A stretch of 64,000 nucleotides of DNA, from NCBI GenBank assembly GCA_016186485.1, contig JACPLN010000003.1:23305-87304 (forward strand), written 5' to 3'. The notes below the pieces were generated by a model. The model was given only the letters and a program-made list of their open reading frames with translations. It made no database searches and was not told where the DNA came from. Shown in pieces: positions 37,854-48,167 of the stretch (the stretch's first letter is position 1; every line of letters starts with the position of its first letter). Made by a program: the position numbers and the translations under genes. The DNA comes from Candidatus Nealsonbacteria bacterium. GTDB lineage: Bacteria; Patescibacteriota; Minisyncoccia; Minisyncoccales; UBA6532.

Positions 37854-39091
37854 TAGTTTAAATGTGCCAACAGAAAAGGTAGGGTCTTTTTTTCTTTTTT
37901 TGCCCTTTTCAGACTTAAATAAAAAGCGGTTAGGCTTTCTTTTATTGTGCCCACGCATTCAAAAGGCTTGAATCCTCTTTGGCCGATTAATTTTTCCATC
38001 ACCGGAATAAGTTTCTTGTCGTCAAAAAGGTTTTTGCCGAATATTTTTATTAGTTCTTTTTCTTTCAAAAAAGGATAAAGACAGGCAAAAACAAACAAAC
38101 ATTTCGGGCATTTTCCGCACCATTTTTTAATAGGTTTTTTTGTTCCGGAACCAGTTTTAAACGCTTCGTTGCAGCTCATAAAAGCATAAAAATACTTTGG
38201 GTGTTTGGAAAAAAGCTTGGCAATTTGGATCTCGTAAAGATGCCTTAAAAAGCTGAAGTATTCTATGTTTTTTACCAGATACTTTTTTGAATACTGCCCG
38301 AAAAGCTTTTCAAACTCAGAACCTTTTGACCATTGATGATTTATGGTTTTCCCCAAGTACTTCAGGTTTCCTTCGTCAGCGCTCTTTTCGTTTGAAAAAG
38401 CAAGGTATTTGTAATCAAAAATAGCGCCGAGCAATACGCTTAAAAAAGCCAGGTAGGCGGAAAACGGAGTATGGCCATTTAAATATCCTTTACGGTTTAG
38501 TTCAAGCAGTTTTTTATCTATTTTTCGCTCAACAATAATTGGCTGTTTGCATCCCGCGATTCTTATTATCTTTTTTGCAGCCGGCGTAGGGTTAAGAGAA
38601 AAACAATTTATTTGTTTTCCTTTCTTCTTTAAAGTTTCTAGGGTTACTACGGAATCTTTTCCTCCTCCGACAGCAACTAAAGTTTTTTGGCGATCTAAGG
38701 GGCCCCTATAAGCATGATTTTTTATACTACTTTCAATTTTAAATCCCGGCATTAGAAAACTAATTTTATTTTCATAGAAAAACTGTCCCATTCCTTTTAA
38801 AATAAGGTTTTGCCACCACTTAATTTGATAGCTATCCAAATAGCCGGCCCTAATAACGATTTCAGGAGAACAGGTTGCCTTCCAATAAGTTGGTATTTCA
38901 GCCAAACCAAGATTAAAAATTAGGTTATCTATGAAATTTTTGCCAATTGACAGCAATCTTTTCTTGTTTACCTTTCTGATCGTTATTTCAGGATAAAAAT
39001 TAATATTGGGTTCAATGGAAAAATGGAAGAAGATTTTTAAGTTATCCCTTTTAATTTCGTAAGAATAATCGTTATACACGAACTTATTCAT
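37850..39091 (-). CDS. PP-loop (SGGxDS-type) ATP pyrophosphatase-superfamily protein with a C-terminal CxxCxKC motif; specificity unknown
   Basis: 'LVAVGGGKDSVV' PP-loop and 'CGKCPKC'. There is a novel ~130-aa N-terminal region. Confidence 0.5.
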   Translation of the reverse strand: MNKFVYNDYSYEIKRDNLKIFFHFSIEPNINFYPEITIRKVNKKRLLSIGKNFIDNLIFNLGLAEIPTYWKATCSPEIVIRAGYLDSYQIKWWQNLILKGMGQFFYENKISFLMPGFKIESSIKNHAYRGPLDRQKTLVAVGGGKDSVVTLETLKKKGKQINCFSLNPTPAAKKIIRIAGCKQPIIVERKIDKKLLELNRKGYLNGHTPFSAYLAFLSVLLGAIFDYKYLAFSNEKSADEGNLKYLGKTINHQWSKGSEFEKLFGQYSKKYLVKNIEYFSFLRHLYEIQIAKLFSKHPKYFYAFMSCNEAFKTGSGTKKPIKKWCGKCPKCLFVFACLYPFLKEKELIKIFGKNLFDDKKLIPVMEKLIGQRGFKPFECVGTIKESLTAFYLSLKRAKKEKKTLPFLLAHLNY

Positions 39092-39100
39092 TGTTTCTGT

Positions 39101-40186
39101 CTATCCCAATAGCCTGATTGAAACTCCTATGACAGCGGCGATAATGCCAATAATCCAAAAACGCATTGTTATCTGATAATGCGGCCAGCCTTTAGCTTCC
39201 AGGTGCAAATGCAGAGGAGCCGCCATCAATATTTTCTTTTTCCTTATTTTTTTTGATAAAAGCTGGGTAATTACAGACCAAGATTCGGCAACCAATAGAA
39301 TTCCTATAATCGGGAGGACAACGACTGAGTCCGTCAAAAAAGCAATCACGGTTAAAGCAGATGTTAGTCCCATTATTCCGGTTTCCCCCATATAAAATTT
39401 TGCCGGTGGGATATTAAACCAGAGAAAAGCCAATAGGGTTCCAAAAATTATAGCGCTGAAAGCCGCAATGTCTACTTGCCCTAAAAATAGGGCGATAGCG
39501 GAAAATGCTCCGAAGATAAAAGCAAAAGCGCCCCCGGCCAAACCATCTAAACCATCAATTACTCCTCCGGAATAGGTTGCCATTGTAACCAAAACGAAAA
39601 AAGGAATATACAGCGATCCGATATATATATCTCCGTTTCCCGGAATATGAATTGTTGACCAGCCAAGCTTTTCAAAGAACCACCATCCTCCGGCCAACCC
39701 TATAAAAGCCATTAAGAGCAGTCTGTGCCTTAAGTTTAAGCCCCCTCCGTCGTGTTTTCCTTTCCCTAAAACCTGCAAAAAATCATCAGCCAGGCCAACC
39801 AAAGCAGCGGTTCCCAGGGCAAAAAGCGGCAGCCAGGTTTGAGAACGGCTTAAAAAGTTTAATTTTTGAAAAAACCAAATATCGCTTCTGGAAAAGATAT
39901 AAAAAAGCGAAGCAAGAATTAAAGGCGTTGCTAAGACCAAAATTCCTCCAAATCTAGGAATTTGAATCTCCCCCTGGGAATGAAATTTTTGAAAAACCGG
40001 TAAATTGCCACCCCCCAAAGCTTCTTTTCTGACCTCTTTTCTCCAAAGCTTGTATTTATAAAGAGATTTGATTAAAGGGTTCGCCAGTAAAAAAGCTAGG
40101 ATAAAAGCGCTAGCTCCAAGCGTCAGAACCTTAATAAGGCTTATGACAGTTTCCGGGGTAGCATAAAAAATATTACTACCAATCAT
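39101..40186 (-). CDS. mraY: Phospho-N-acetylmuramoyl-pentapeptide transferase (MraY/GT4 family)
   Basis: 'GLADDFLQVLGK' and 'VIDGLDGLAGG' motifs in a 10-TM protein. Confidence 0.8.
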   Translation of the reverse strand: MIGSNIFYATPETVISLIKVLTLGASAFILAFLLANPLIKSLYKYKLWRKEVRKEALGGGNLPVFQKFHSQGEIQIPRFGGILVLATPLILASLFYIFSRSDIWFFQKLNFLSRSQTWLPLFALGTAALVGLADDFLQVLGKGKHDGGGLNLRHRLLLMAFIGLAGGWWFFEKLGWSTIHIPGNGDIYIGSLYIPFFVLVTMATYSGGVIDGLDGLAGGAFAFIFGAFSAIALFLGQVDIAAFSAIIFGTLLAFLWFNIPPAKFYMGETGIMGLTSALTVIAFLTDSVVVLPIIGILLVAESWSVITQLLSKKIRKKKILMAAPLHLHLEAKGWPHYQITMRFWIIGIIAAVIGVSIRLLG

Positions 40187-41162
40187 ATGATTCTTGAACC
40201 CAGTTAACTAGTTTTTTCATTTCTTCAAATCGGTCTTGGGATCCCAAAATAACATTTATCAAATATCCTTTTCCTTTCGGAGCCTCTAATACTAAAATAA
40301 GGCAGCCTTTTGCGCTTGGAGTCCAGCCGGTTTTCCCCCCGATAATTCTATCCCGCCAGGGTTCTTGAGAATCAAGCAATTCATTTGTGCTGACGAGCTT
40401 GTGATGAAATACTCCTGTAGGAGAAAAAAGATCGTATTCTTTTTTTTGAAGAATTGTCCAGAAAATCGGATTCGCCAAAAGCTCCTTAACAAACCCGGAT
40501 AAGTCTTGGGCCGAAGAGTAATTAATAGGACCTTGTTCCTCGTCGGGATCCAAGCCTGTGAAATTAACAAAATAAGTGTTTTCCAAACCAAGAAATCTTG
40601 AAGCGGAATTCATTAATTCTAAAAAATGGTCTTTGTTAATATTTTCTGCCAGAACATAAGCGGCATCGTTAGAAGATTCCATTAAAAGCAAATAGAGAAG
40701 GTTTTCTACGGATAGCCTCTCCCCTATTTTTAATTGTCCGAAATCTTCTTCCTCTCTCACCGCCTCTTCCGAAACCCTTAATATCTGATCAAGATTATAA
40801 TTTTTTAGAGCAGTGTATGCAGTCATTAATTTTGTGAGAGAAGCTATGGCAAGTTTTCTTTCAGGGCTTTTTTGAAAAAGGATTTTATCCTGAAAAGCAG
40901 GATTACTGGGAAAAAATAATGAAATAGCGGACTTAGCCCCTATTTGAAGGCCTTCTCCTTGATTATTTTTAAACGGTTTTGATCCAAGCAGGTAATTATT
41001 AAGACTTACTTCCGCGGTCAAAGCAGATAAAAACCTGCTATTGCTTGCCATTTCATGCCAAAACAGAAAATTATTTAAATAATAGTTAAGAGCATTTGCC
41101 CCAAATCCAAGGGCAAAACTTGCTGCAAAACCTAGAAATAAAAATTTAACCCTGGATTTCAT
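40176..41162 (-). CDS. Serine-type D-Ala-D-Ala carboxypeptidase (PBP5/S11 family)
   Basis: SxxK 'ASLTK', SxN 'SSND' and KTG 'KTGWT'. Confidence 0.8.
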   Translation of the reverse strand: MKSRVKFLFLGFAASFALGFGANALNYYLNNFLFWHEMASNSRFLSALTAEVSLNNYLLGSKPFKNNQGEGLQIGAKSAISLFFPSNPAFQDKILFQKSPERKLAIASLTKLMTAYTALKNYNLDQILRVSEEAVREEEDFGQLKIGERLSVENLLYLLLMESSNDAAYVLAENINKDHFLELMNSASRFLGLENTYFVNFTGLDPDEEQGPINYSSAQDLSGFVKELLANPIFWTILQKKEYDLFSPTGVFHHKLVSTNELLDSQEPWRDRIIGGKTGWTPSAKGCLILVLEAPKGKGYLINVILGSQDRFEEMKKLVNWVQESYDW

Positions 41163-42562
41163 GATTTGCCCTTTTTCTTTTTAGATATTTTTATGCTTAG
41201 CTCTTTTAACTGTTCTTCCGTTACCAAAGACGGGGTATCCATCATGGGATCCCTGCTATCTCCTGTTTTTGGAAAAGCAATTACTTCTCTGATATTCGGC
41301 TCATTTTGCAAAATCATCATCAATCTATCAATTCCTGGGGCTATTCCGCCGTGGGGCGGAACGCCGTATTCAAATGCCTCTAAAAGGTGGCCGAATTTTC
41401 CCTTGGCGTCACTTTCATCCATGCCCAATAGCTTAAATACCTTCATTTGAAGAACAGGATCTGTAATTCTAATGCTGCCGCTAGCCAATTCGTATCCGTT
41501 GCAAACCCAGTCATACTGGGTGCTAACCATTTTTAATGGTTCCTTGTCTAGAAACGAAACGCTTTCTTTTTGGGGCTGAACAAACATATGATGAACGGGC
41601 TGGATTTCACCGGTTTGCTTATCTAATTCAAAGGAGGGAAAATTGACAATCCAGGCAAAAGCAATTTCGTCCGGATCGTTTTTATTTTCTCTGATATCGG
41701 GCTTATCCGTGCCGTATTTTTTAATAGAGTCCTGATAGTTGATTATCGGCCAGGGAACAATAGTTTTTTTATTAGGATAAAGTTTTTTCATCATTTCAGA
41801 TATTAGATTTTCTAAAAGCGACATAACGTCGTTTTGTTCTACAAAAGACATTTCAATATCTAATTGTGTATGCTCTGCCTGTCTGTCTCCCCTGGTATCC
41901 TCATCTCTGAGAGCTCTGGCAATCTGGAAATATCGCTCAATGCCAGCAACCATTAGAAGCTGCTTGTATTGCTGGGGGCTTTGGGGAAGAGCGTAAAATT
42001 TGCCTGGATACAATCTGGATGGAACCAAAAAGTCCCTAGCCCCTTCAGGAGTAGATTTTGTAAGAAGAGGAGTTTCTATTTCAATAAAACCTTCTTTTTG
42101 GAGGAATTCTCTCATAAAGGCAGTAACTCTTTGGCGGGCTATTAAGTTTTTTCTTAGCCTTCCTCTTCTTAAGTCCAAATAACGGTATTTTAACCTTTTT
42201 TCTTCTCCTATTTCGTATCCGTCTTCCTCAATTGAAAAGGGCAAAGTTTTTGCTTCTGACAAAATTTCTATCTTCTCTGCCTCAATCTCAACCTTCCCGG
42301 TTTCAAGCTTAGGATTTATCATTCCTTGGGGCCTTTCTTTAACCGTTCCCTCAAGGCAAATAACCCACTCTGGCCTTATTTTTTGCGCTTGAGAATAAGC
42401 TTTTTCATTCTGCGGAGTAACAACAATTTGCGATAAACCGCTAATATCCCTTAAATCAATAAAGATAATTTTCCCGTGGGACCTTATTGTTTGGGCCCAG
42501 CCCTGAAGTTTTACCGTTTTTCCCAGATATTTAGTTGTGTCTGCGTTAAACACTCTTTCCAT
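41159..42562 (-). CDS. aspS: Aspartyl-tRNA synthetase (compact, 467 aa)
   Basis: OB-fold N-domain and class II motifs 'FRDEDTRGDRQAEHTQLDIEMSF'. Confidence 0.9.
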   Translation of the reverse strand: MERVFNADTTKYLGKTVKLQGWAQTIRSHGKIIFIDLRDISGLSQIVVTPQNEKAYSQAQKIRPEWVICLEGTVKERPQGMINPKLETGKVEIEAEKIEILSEAKTLPFSIEEDGYEIGEEKRLKYRYLDLRRGRLRKNLIARQRVTAFMREFLQKEGFIEIETPLLTKSTPEGARDFLVPSRLYPGKFYALPQSPQQYKQLLMVAGIERYFQIARALRDEDTRGDRQAEHTQLDIEMSFVEQNDVMSLLENLISEMMKKLYPNKKTIVPWPIINYQDSIKKYGTDKPDIRENKNDPDEIAFAWIVNFPSFELDKQTGEIQPVHHMFVQPQKESVSFLDKEPLKMVSTQYDWVCNGYELASGSIRITDPVLQMKVFKLLGMDESDAKGKFGHLLEAFEYGVPPHGGIAPGIDRLMMILQNEPNIREVIAFPKTGDSRDPMMDTPSLVTEEQLKELSIKISKKKKGKS

Positions 42563-42587
42563 ATTAATAAATTATATAGGATTTTAT

Positions 42588-43028
42588 TTATTTTTCCAGC
42601 AGAATATAGTCTTTACCCTCATCGTAAAAATCAGGCAAGTCTGCCCTGTTTTTAAAACCAAGGGAATTAAATAATTTCTTTGATGAGAGATTGTGGTCTT
42701 CTACGGCTACCTGTATTTTTTTGATTTTCTTTTTTGGCTGGTTCAAAATCCTTTTTACAAGGGCCCTAGCGATCCCTTGCCTTCTAAACTTTGGGTGAAC
42801 AAAAATTGTGTCAATATATAGATTGCCCTGTTGGGTTTTGAAGGCAACTATGCCGCCGACTATTTTTCCTGCTACGGTTGCTTTTTCCGCCCACATAAAT
42901 TCTGAAGCCACATTCCAAAACCAATTAGCGTAATCGTGCCAGCTGGAGTCGTAGCAAGCGCATTCAAGCTTGGAAATGGCTATTGAATCTTCAAGCCTAG
43001 CTTTTTCTATTTTAAATTTATTCTTCAT
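42588..43028 (-). CDS. GNAT-family N-acetyltransferase
   Basis: 'RRQGIARALV' acetyl-CoA-binding motif. Confidence 0.7.
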   Translation of the reverse strand: MKNKFKIEKARLEDSIAISKLECACYDSSWHDYANWFWNVASEFMWAEKATVAGKIVGGIVAFKTQQGNLYIDTIFVHPKFRRQGIARALVKRILNQPKKKIKKIQVAVEDHNLSSKKLFNSLGFKNRADLPDFYDEGKDYILLEK

Positions 43029-44069
43029 GACATTTCTTTTTCTATTTCTAAAAGCCGATTATATTTTATTAATCTTTCTGGCCGGGTTGGAGCGCCGGCT
43101 TTAATAAAATCTGCGTCAATTCCCACGGCAAAATCAGCTATGAAGTCGTCCATAGTTTCACCTGACCTATGGGAAACCATTATTTTCCAGCCGTAAGATT
43201 TCGCTAACTTAGCAGCTTCTATCGCCTCGGTTACTGTTCCAACCTGATTGATTTTTATGATCACCCCGTTGCAGGCATTCCTCTTTTTCGCCAGCCTTAT
43301 TCTTTTGGGATTAGTCACCAACAAATCGTCCCCGATAATCAGCACTTTTTTAAGCTTTGAACCTAACATTTTCCACCCTTCCCAATCGTCTTGTGCGAAA
43401 GGGTCTTCAAGGCCGATAATAGGATATTTTTTCACGATACCCGAATAATAATTAACAAGACCTTCTTTGTTGAAGCGTTTCCCTGCAATGCCGTAAAATC
43501 CTTTTTTGTAAAACTGGGAAGCGGCGCAATCTAAAATGACCCTGATGTCGTTTTTCCCCCAGATCGCCTCTGAAATAAGACTTAGGGCTTCCTCTGAGGT
43601 TTTTACGGGAAGAGAAAGCCCTCCCTCGTCTCCCATTTTTACTACCCCAAACCTTTTTTCAGCTATTTTTGTTAATTTCTCGGAAATATCTTTGCCGGTT
43701 TGAAAATTATCTCTAAACCTCTTTTTTCGGGGAACTACCATAAACTCCTGGATGTCCAATTCATTATCTGCATGAGCCCCTCCGTTGATGATATTGAATG
43801 CCGGCAAGGGCAAAGTTAGTTAATTTATCTATTATTTTTTGTTTTACAGGATCTTTGCCCCAAAGATTCTTGGCAATAACCTCATTAACATTATGAATTG
43901 CTTTTGGGGCCTTTATGGCCACCGCCTCATATTTGCCCCTGGAAGCGCCCGATGGCGCGGAAGAATAAAACACACCATTTGTGGTGTGTAATTCAATTTC
44001 TATGGTAGGATTCCTCCTGGAATCAAAAATATTCCTTGCCGAAACTTTTTTTATTTTAGCATTAGACAT
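43025..44069 (-). pseudogene. eno: Enolase gene disrupted by an internal deletion (about 45 codons) plus a frameshift (two ORFs: 44069-43764 and 43813-43025)
   Basis: The N-ORF matches enolase residues about 1-85 ('SGASRGKYEAV...NVNEVIAKNLWGKDPVKQKIIDKL'). The C-ORF begins at the 'LPLPAFNIINGGAHADN' block (enolase residue about 140) in a different frame. The intervening ~46 conserved residues are absent. Confidence 0.65.
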
Positions 44070-44933
44070 CTAAATAAAAACTTCGGGAATTGCTTCAATC
44101 AAGTCTGTGGCCAAAAGCCCGTCTCTTTTTCTTTTAGCGGCAATTTCTCCTGCCTTTCCGTTAATAAAGGCCGCTGCCTGTCCGGCAGAAAACGGATCTA
44201 GTCCTCTTGCCATAAAAGCCCCGGCAATGCCGGCCAAAGTATCGCCAGTTCCGCCTTTTGTCATATAAACAGAACCAGTCTTGTTGGAGGCTATTTCTTT
44301 CCCGTTGGAAATAAAATCGGTATGCCCCTTAAGCAAAATTGTTGTGCCCAGCCTTTCCGCCTCTTCCTTAACCAATTTCTCTTTTTCTTCATCCGGTTTA
44401 CCGATTACCTCTTTTCCGGTTAGAACAAAAAATTCGTATCCATGAGGCGTAAAAATAAACGGTTTTCCTTTAAATACGTTAGAATTTTTTGCTACGGCAT
44501 GAATTGCGTCAGCGTCAACGACTGTAGGAATAGAAACTTTATTTAAAAACTCTAAAATTGTTTCTTGGGTTTCTTCAGATCTTCCTGTTCCTCCGCCAAT
44601 TACTATTGCCATGTTTCCTCTGGAAACGGCTTTTGCGCTCTCTGCCATAGAAAGCAAAATCGGCAAATGTTCCTTGTTTAGCCTTTCTCCTTTCAGCGGA
44701 TAAGCGGCTAAATTCGGAGAAAAAGAAGCAATAATGTCCGCCGCTCTTTTTGGAGCGATTACCCTTACCATATCTACGCCGGCTCTAAAAGCCGCAAAAG
44801 CAGTAAAAGCCGGGGAACCACTGTAGAACTCCGATCCTCCTATAACCAGTAAAAGCCCGAAATCGTACTTTTTTACATCCGGCCCCCTTTCTTTGTATAT
44901 ATCTTTTAAAATTTTGTTTGTTACTTCCATCAT
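44070..44933 (-). CDS. nnr: ADP-dependent NAD(P)H-hydrate dehydratase (YjeF C-terminal domain family)
   Basis: 'DFGLLLVIGGSEFYSGSPAFTAFAAFRAG' and 'GTGDTLAGIAGAFMARG'. Confidence 0.8.
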   Translation of the reverse strand: MMEVTNKILKDIYKERGPDVKKYDFGLLLVIGGSEFYSGSPAFTAFAAFRAGVDMVRVIAPKRAADIIASFSPNLAAYPLKGERLNKEHLPILLSMAESAKAVSRGNMAIVIGGGTGRSEETQETILEFLNKVSIPTVVDADAIHAVAKNSNVFKGKPFIFTPHGYEFFVLTGKEVIGKPDEEKEKLVKEEAERLGTTILLKGHTDFISNGKEIASNKTGSVYMTKGGTGDTLAGIAGAFMARGLDPFSAGQAAAFINGKAGEIAAKRKRDGLLATDLIEAIPEVFI

Positions 44934-44939
44934 ATTTTT

Positions 44940-45818
44940 TTATAATTCCCTTATAAATTTATTAATTTCCGGCCCAAACCTGGGATGATTTAGGGCAAGA
45001 TAAATATTTGATTTTAAATAAGAAGCTATATCTCCGCATTCCAGCCATTTTCCGTCAATTTCGTTCCCATAAATAGTTTTGCCGGCCCGCAACATCTGCG
45101 AAAACGCATCGGCTAGAATTATTTCCCCTTTTTTATTTGGAGACGTCTTTGCCAAAAATTCAAAAACTTCGGGGGTTAAGATGTATTTTCCGACAATAGC
45201 TATATCGGATGGGGCGCGATCCTGAGACGGTTTTTCAACAATTTCTTTAATTTTGAAAATTCGGTTAGCTATTTTTTCAGCTCCGATGATGCCATAAGAA
45301 CTGATTTTTTCCCCGCCAACTCTTTTTAGGGCAATCACCGGTTTTTGAGAAGCTCTAAAAACATCAATTAATTGCTTTAATGCCGGCGTTTGGGAAATAA
45401 CGATGTCGTCTGCGAACAAGACGGCGCAAGGTTCCTTGCCAGCAAGCCTTTTTGCCTTCAACACAGCATGACCGTCGCCCAAAGCATCTTTTTCTTCTAC
45501 CAAAGAGAATTCCGTTTTTTCAAATAATTGGTTGAATTTTTGAAGCCTTAATAAAGATTCGTCTCTCTTTCTTTCTTTCAGCGTCTTTTCCAATTTCTTT
45601 GCGGGTTTTTTAAAATAGTCAACAATAAATCTCTTTTCTTTTGGGGCTATAAAAATGATATGGTTAATCCCCGAAGCAATCGCTTCCTCAATCACATACT
45701 GAACCATTGGTTTTTCAACTAAAATCCAGAGTTCCTTTGGTACAGCCCTTGAAGCCGGTAAAAACCTGGAAGCCAAACCGGCGATTGGTATAAGAGCCTT
45801 TTTAATTATAGAATCCAT
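44940..45818 (-). CDS. galU: UTP--glucose-1-phosphate uridylyltransferase
   Basis: 'KALIPIAGLASRFLPASRAVPKELWILVEKPMVQYVIEEA'. Confidence 0.85.
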   Translation of the reverse strand: MDSIIKKALIPIAGLASRFLPASRAVPKELWILVEKPMVQYVIEEAIASGINHIIFIAPKEKRFIVDYFKKPAKKLEKTLKERKRDESLLRLQKFNQLFEKTEFSLVEEKDALGDGHAVLKAKRLAGKEPCAVLFADDIVISQTPALKQLIDVFRASQKPVIALKRVGGEKISSYGIIGAEKIANRIFKIKEIVEKPSQDRAPSDIAIVGKYILTPEVFEFLAKTSPNKKGEIILADAFSQMLRAGKTIYGNEIDGKWLECGDIASYLKSNIYLALNHPRFGPEINKFIREL

Positions 45819-47151
45819 CTTCCCGTTTTCTTCTTAAAAATGCGGGTATATCCCATTTCTTTTCTTCTTCCAGAATTTTTTCTTCAACTTCTTCGCTGTT
45901 TTTCTTGATATCCAAAGCCGTGCGCCTCGGCTTATCTTCTATTTTTACCTTTACAGGGCTTGGTTCTTCCGTTTTCTTTTCTTTTCTCGCGGGCCTAAAT
46001 GTTTTTTTGGATTTTGGCGATTTTCTTTTTATTCTAATTTTCTTTGGCTTTTCTTTCTTGTCCGCCGGCTTGTCCACAGATCCCTCCAGCATCTTCGGTT
46101 TTTGACGGTTTTCCGCCTTTAAAACGCTGCCCGCCATTAAAAGAACTACCTTTATTTTACCGTTATAATCCTTATCCTGGGAAATACCGAAAATTATCTT
46201 TGCCCTTCTGGAAAAATCAGTTATAGCCCTACTTATCTTTTCGGCCTCCTGCATTAAAAGGTCTTCGCCTGCAAAAATATTAAAAAGCACTTTTTCTCCC
46301 GAAAAATACTCGTTTCCATTACTGTTTGAAGTCTCTTTATTCCCACTGCTTAAAAAGCTGTAAAGCAAAAGCGGGTTATGGCAAATCTTTTTTGAAATGT
46401 CCTCTGCCCTGCTTTCTCCTTTAGATTCAATAGTGTTAAAAAATGCTAACCTTCCCCTGTCTTCAAGAATTGCTCTCAAATCAGCAAAGTCAATATTAAT
46501 TAAACCAGGCAGATAAATCATTTCAATTACCCCTTTTAAATTCTCAATCAAGATTTTATTTACGGCGGAAAATGCTGCTTGAAAAGGGGTTTTTTTGTCT
46601 ATAATATTAAAAATTCTTTCGTTGGGGATAACGCTGTAGATATTTAAATTCTGGGCAAGTTTTGACAGTGCCAATTTAGCGACATGGAGTTTTTTCTCGC
46701 CCTCAAATTTAAAAGGCAATGTAAAAATTCCGAAAATCGGAATATGCAAATCTCTTGCGATTTTGACAAATTCCGGAGCGGCCCCCGATCCCGTTCCTCC
46801 TCCAAGGCAAGAGATTAAAACAATAAGGTCTGCCCCATGAAAAATTTTAACAATCTTTTCCTTTTCCGATCTTGCGCATTTTTCCCCCAAATTCCTGTCC
46901 ATTCCGCATCCCAAACCACGAGTCAGGTCTTGGCCAAACTGAAAGCGTCTTACTCCTTTTGCAACAGACCTTAATGCCTGCGAATCTGTATTGGCTGCCG
47001 CAAAATTAGCTTTCTTTAATCCCTTGGAAAGCTCGGAAACTATTGAGTTTCCTCCTCCCCCAATGCCAACGATTAAAATTTTGGGCTGGCGGACTTTTAC
47101 CTCTAAATCTGCCTTTTTTGTGATCTTTATTTTCTTTTTCATAGTATGCAA
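45802..47151 (-). CDS. ftsZ: Cell-division GTPase FtsZ with a long Lys/Glu/Pro-rich C-terminal extension
   Basis: 'IVGIGGGGNSIV' and 'GGGTGSGAAP' tubulin signature. Confidence 0.95.
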   Translation of the reverse strand: MHTMKKKIKITKKADLEVKVRQPKILIVGIGGGGNSIVSELSKGLKKANFAAANTDSQALRSVAKGVRRFQFGQDLTRGLGCGMDRNLGEKCARSEKEKIVKIFHGADLIVLISCLGGGTGSGAAPEFVKIARDLHIPIFGIFTLPFKFEGEKKLHVAKLALSKLAQNLNIYSVIPNERIFNIIDKKTPFQAAFSAVNKILIENLKGVIEMIYLPGLINIDFADLRAILEDRGRLAFFNTIESKGESRAEDISKKICHNPLLLYSFLSSGNKETSNSNGNEYFSGEKVLFNIFAGEDLLMQEAEKISRAITDFSRRAKIIFGISQDKDYNGKIKVVLLMAGSVLKAENRQKPKMLEGSVDKPADKKEKPKKIRIKRKSPKSKKTFRPARKEKKTEEPSPVKVKIEDKPRRTALDIKKNSEEVEEKILEEEKKWDIPAFLRRKREDGFYN

Positions 47152-47275
47152 TTATAATATAACTCCGTTTTCTTATTATATCAAGTCGATGGCAATCCCG
47201 AATAAGAAGATGTTGAAAATTTCCCCGAATTTAGGTATAAAAACAAAGGTCGTTGAAAATGGGGCTGAATAGTCA

Positions 47276-48115
47276 TTGGAATGGAAAATAGGAAAGTTTC
47301 TGGTTAGGCTTGCAATAAAGGATTATTTCAGCTTGGATGCCGGGATACTCTTCTCCGGAATACCGAAAGAGAAATGGATTAATTGGTGCCGCTACCCTTT
47401 TTATTTGGACGAGCAAAACAGAGTGCGCATTTCTGTAAATTGCTTTTTAATCAAAAGCGATCAAGGAAAAAGCGTCCTTGTGGACACTTCATTCGGGAAT
47501 ACGAATCTGTGGAAAGAAAATACAGTCAAGGCTTTTGATATGAAAAACGGATTTAACCTTTTCAAAGAAGGTCTGCCTCATCCGGATTTCATCATCCCTA
47601 CCCACCTTCATTTTGACCATGCCGGCGGATTTGTTGAAAAAACGGAGGAAAATCTGGTCCCCGCCTTTCCTGGCTCTCGCTATCTTATACATAACGACGA
47701 AATAAGGCATGCGTTTTCGGTCCATCCGAAAACACGTTCAAGCTATTTAAGGGAAACGATTGAAGGGGTCCGCCTGATTTCGGAAAACAGGCTTTTAGCG
47801 GGAATTATTTCTGGCAGGTTTGAACTTCTGCCTGGCCTCACTATCATAAAAACAAGGGGACACACTCCGGGCCATGTCTCAATTAAGATTCAATCCGAAG
47901 GAAAAACGGCCTTTATTCCCGGGGCTCTTTTCCCGACAAGATTCCACAGCCTGACTGCTTGCGGAGTAGGAAACGATACCCATGCTTTGGAAGCAGCAAA
48001 TCACAAAATCAGATTTATGAGGCAAGCGGCAAAGAAAAACTGGCTCTTTTTAATGGAACACGATCACGCAATAGCGGGCTTCATAACTGCCTATGAAGGA
48101 ATAAGAATTCCATAA
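47276..48115 (+). CDS. MBL-fold metallo-hydrolase
   Basis: 'HLHFDHAGG' motif. Confidence 0.75.
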   Translation: MEWKIGKFLVRLAIKDYFSLDAGILFSGIPKEKWINWCRYPFYLDEQNRVRISVNCFLIKSDQGKSVLVDTSFGNTNLWKENTVKAFDMKNGFNLFKEGLPHPDFIIPTHLHFDHAGGFVEKTEENLVPAFPGSRYLIHNDEIRHAFSVHPKTRSSYLRETIEGVRLISENRLLAGIISGRFELLPGLTIIKTRGHTPGHVSIKIQSEGKTAFIPGALFPTRFHSLTACGVGNDTHALEAANHKIRFMRQAAKKNWLFLMEHDHAIAGFITAYEGIRIP

Positions 48116-48167
48116 TAAAACCCCTAGGCGATAAAAATCACCAGGGGGTTCTTTTTTTAACTTTTTA

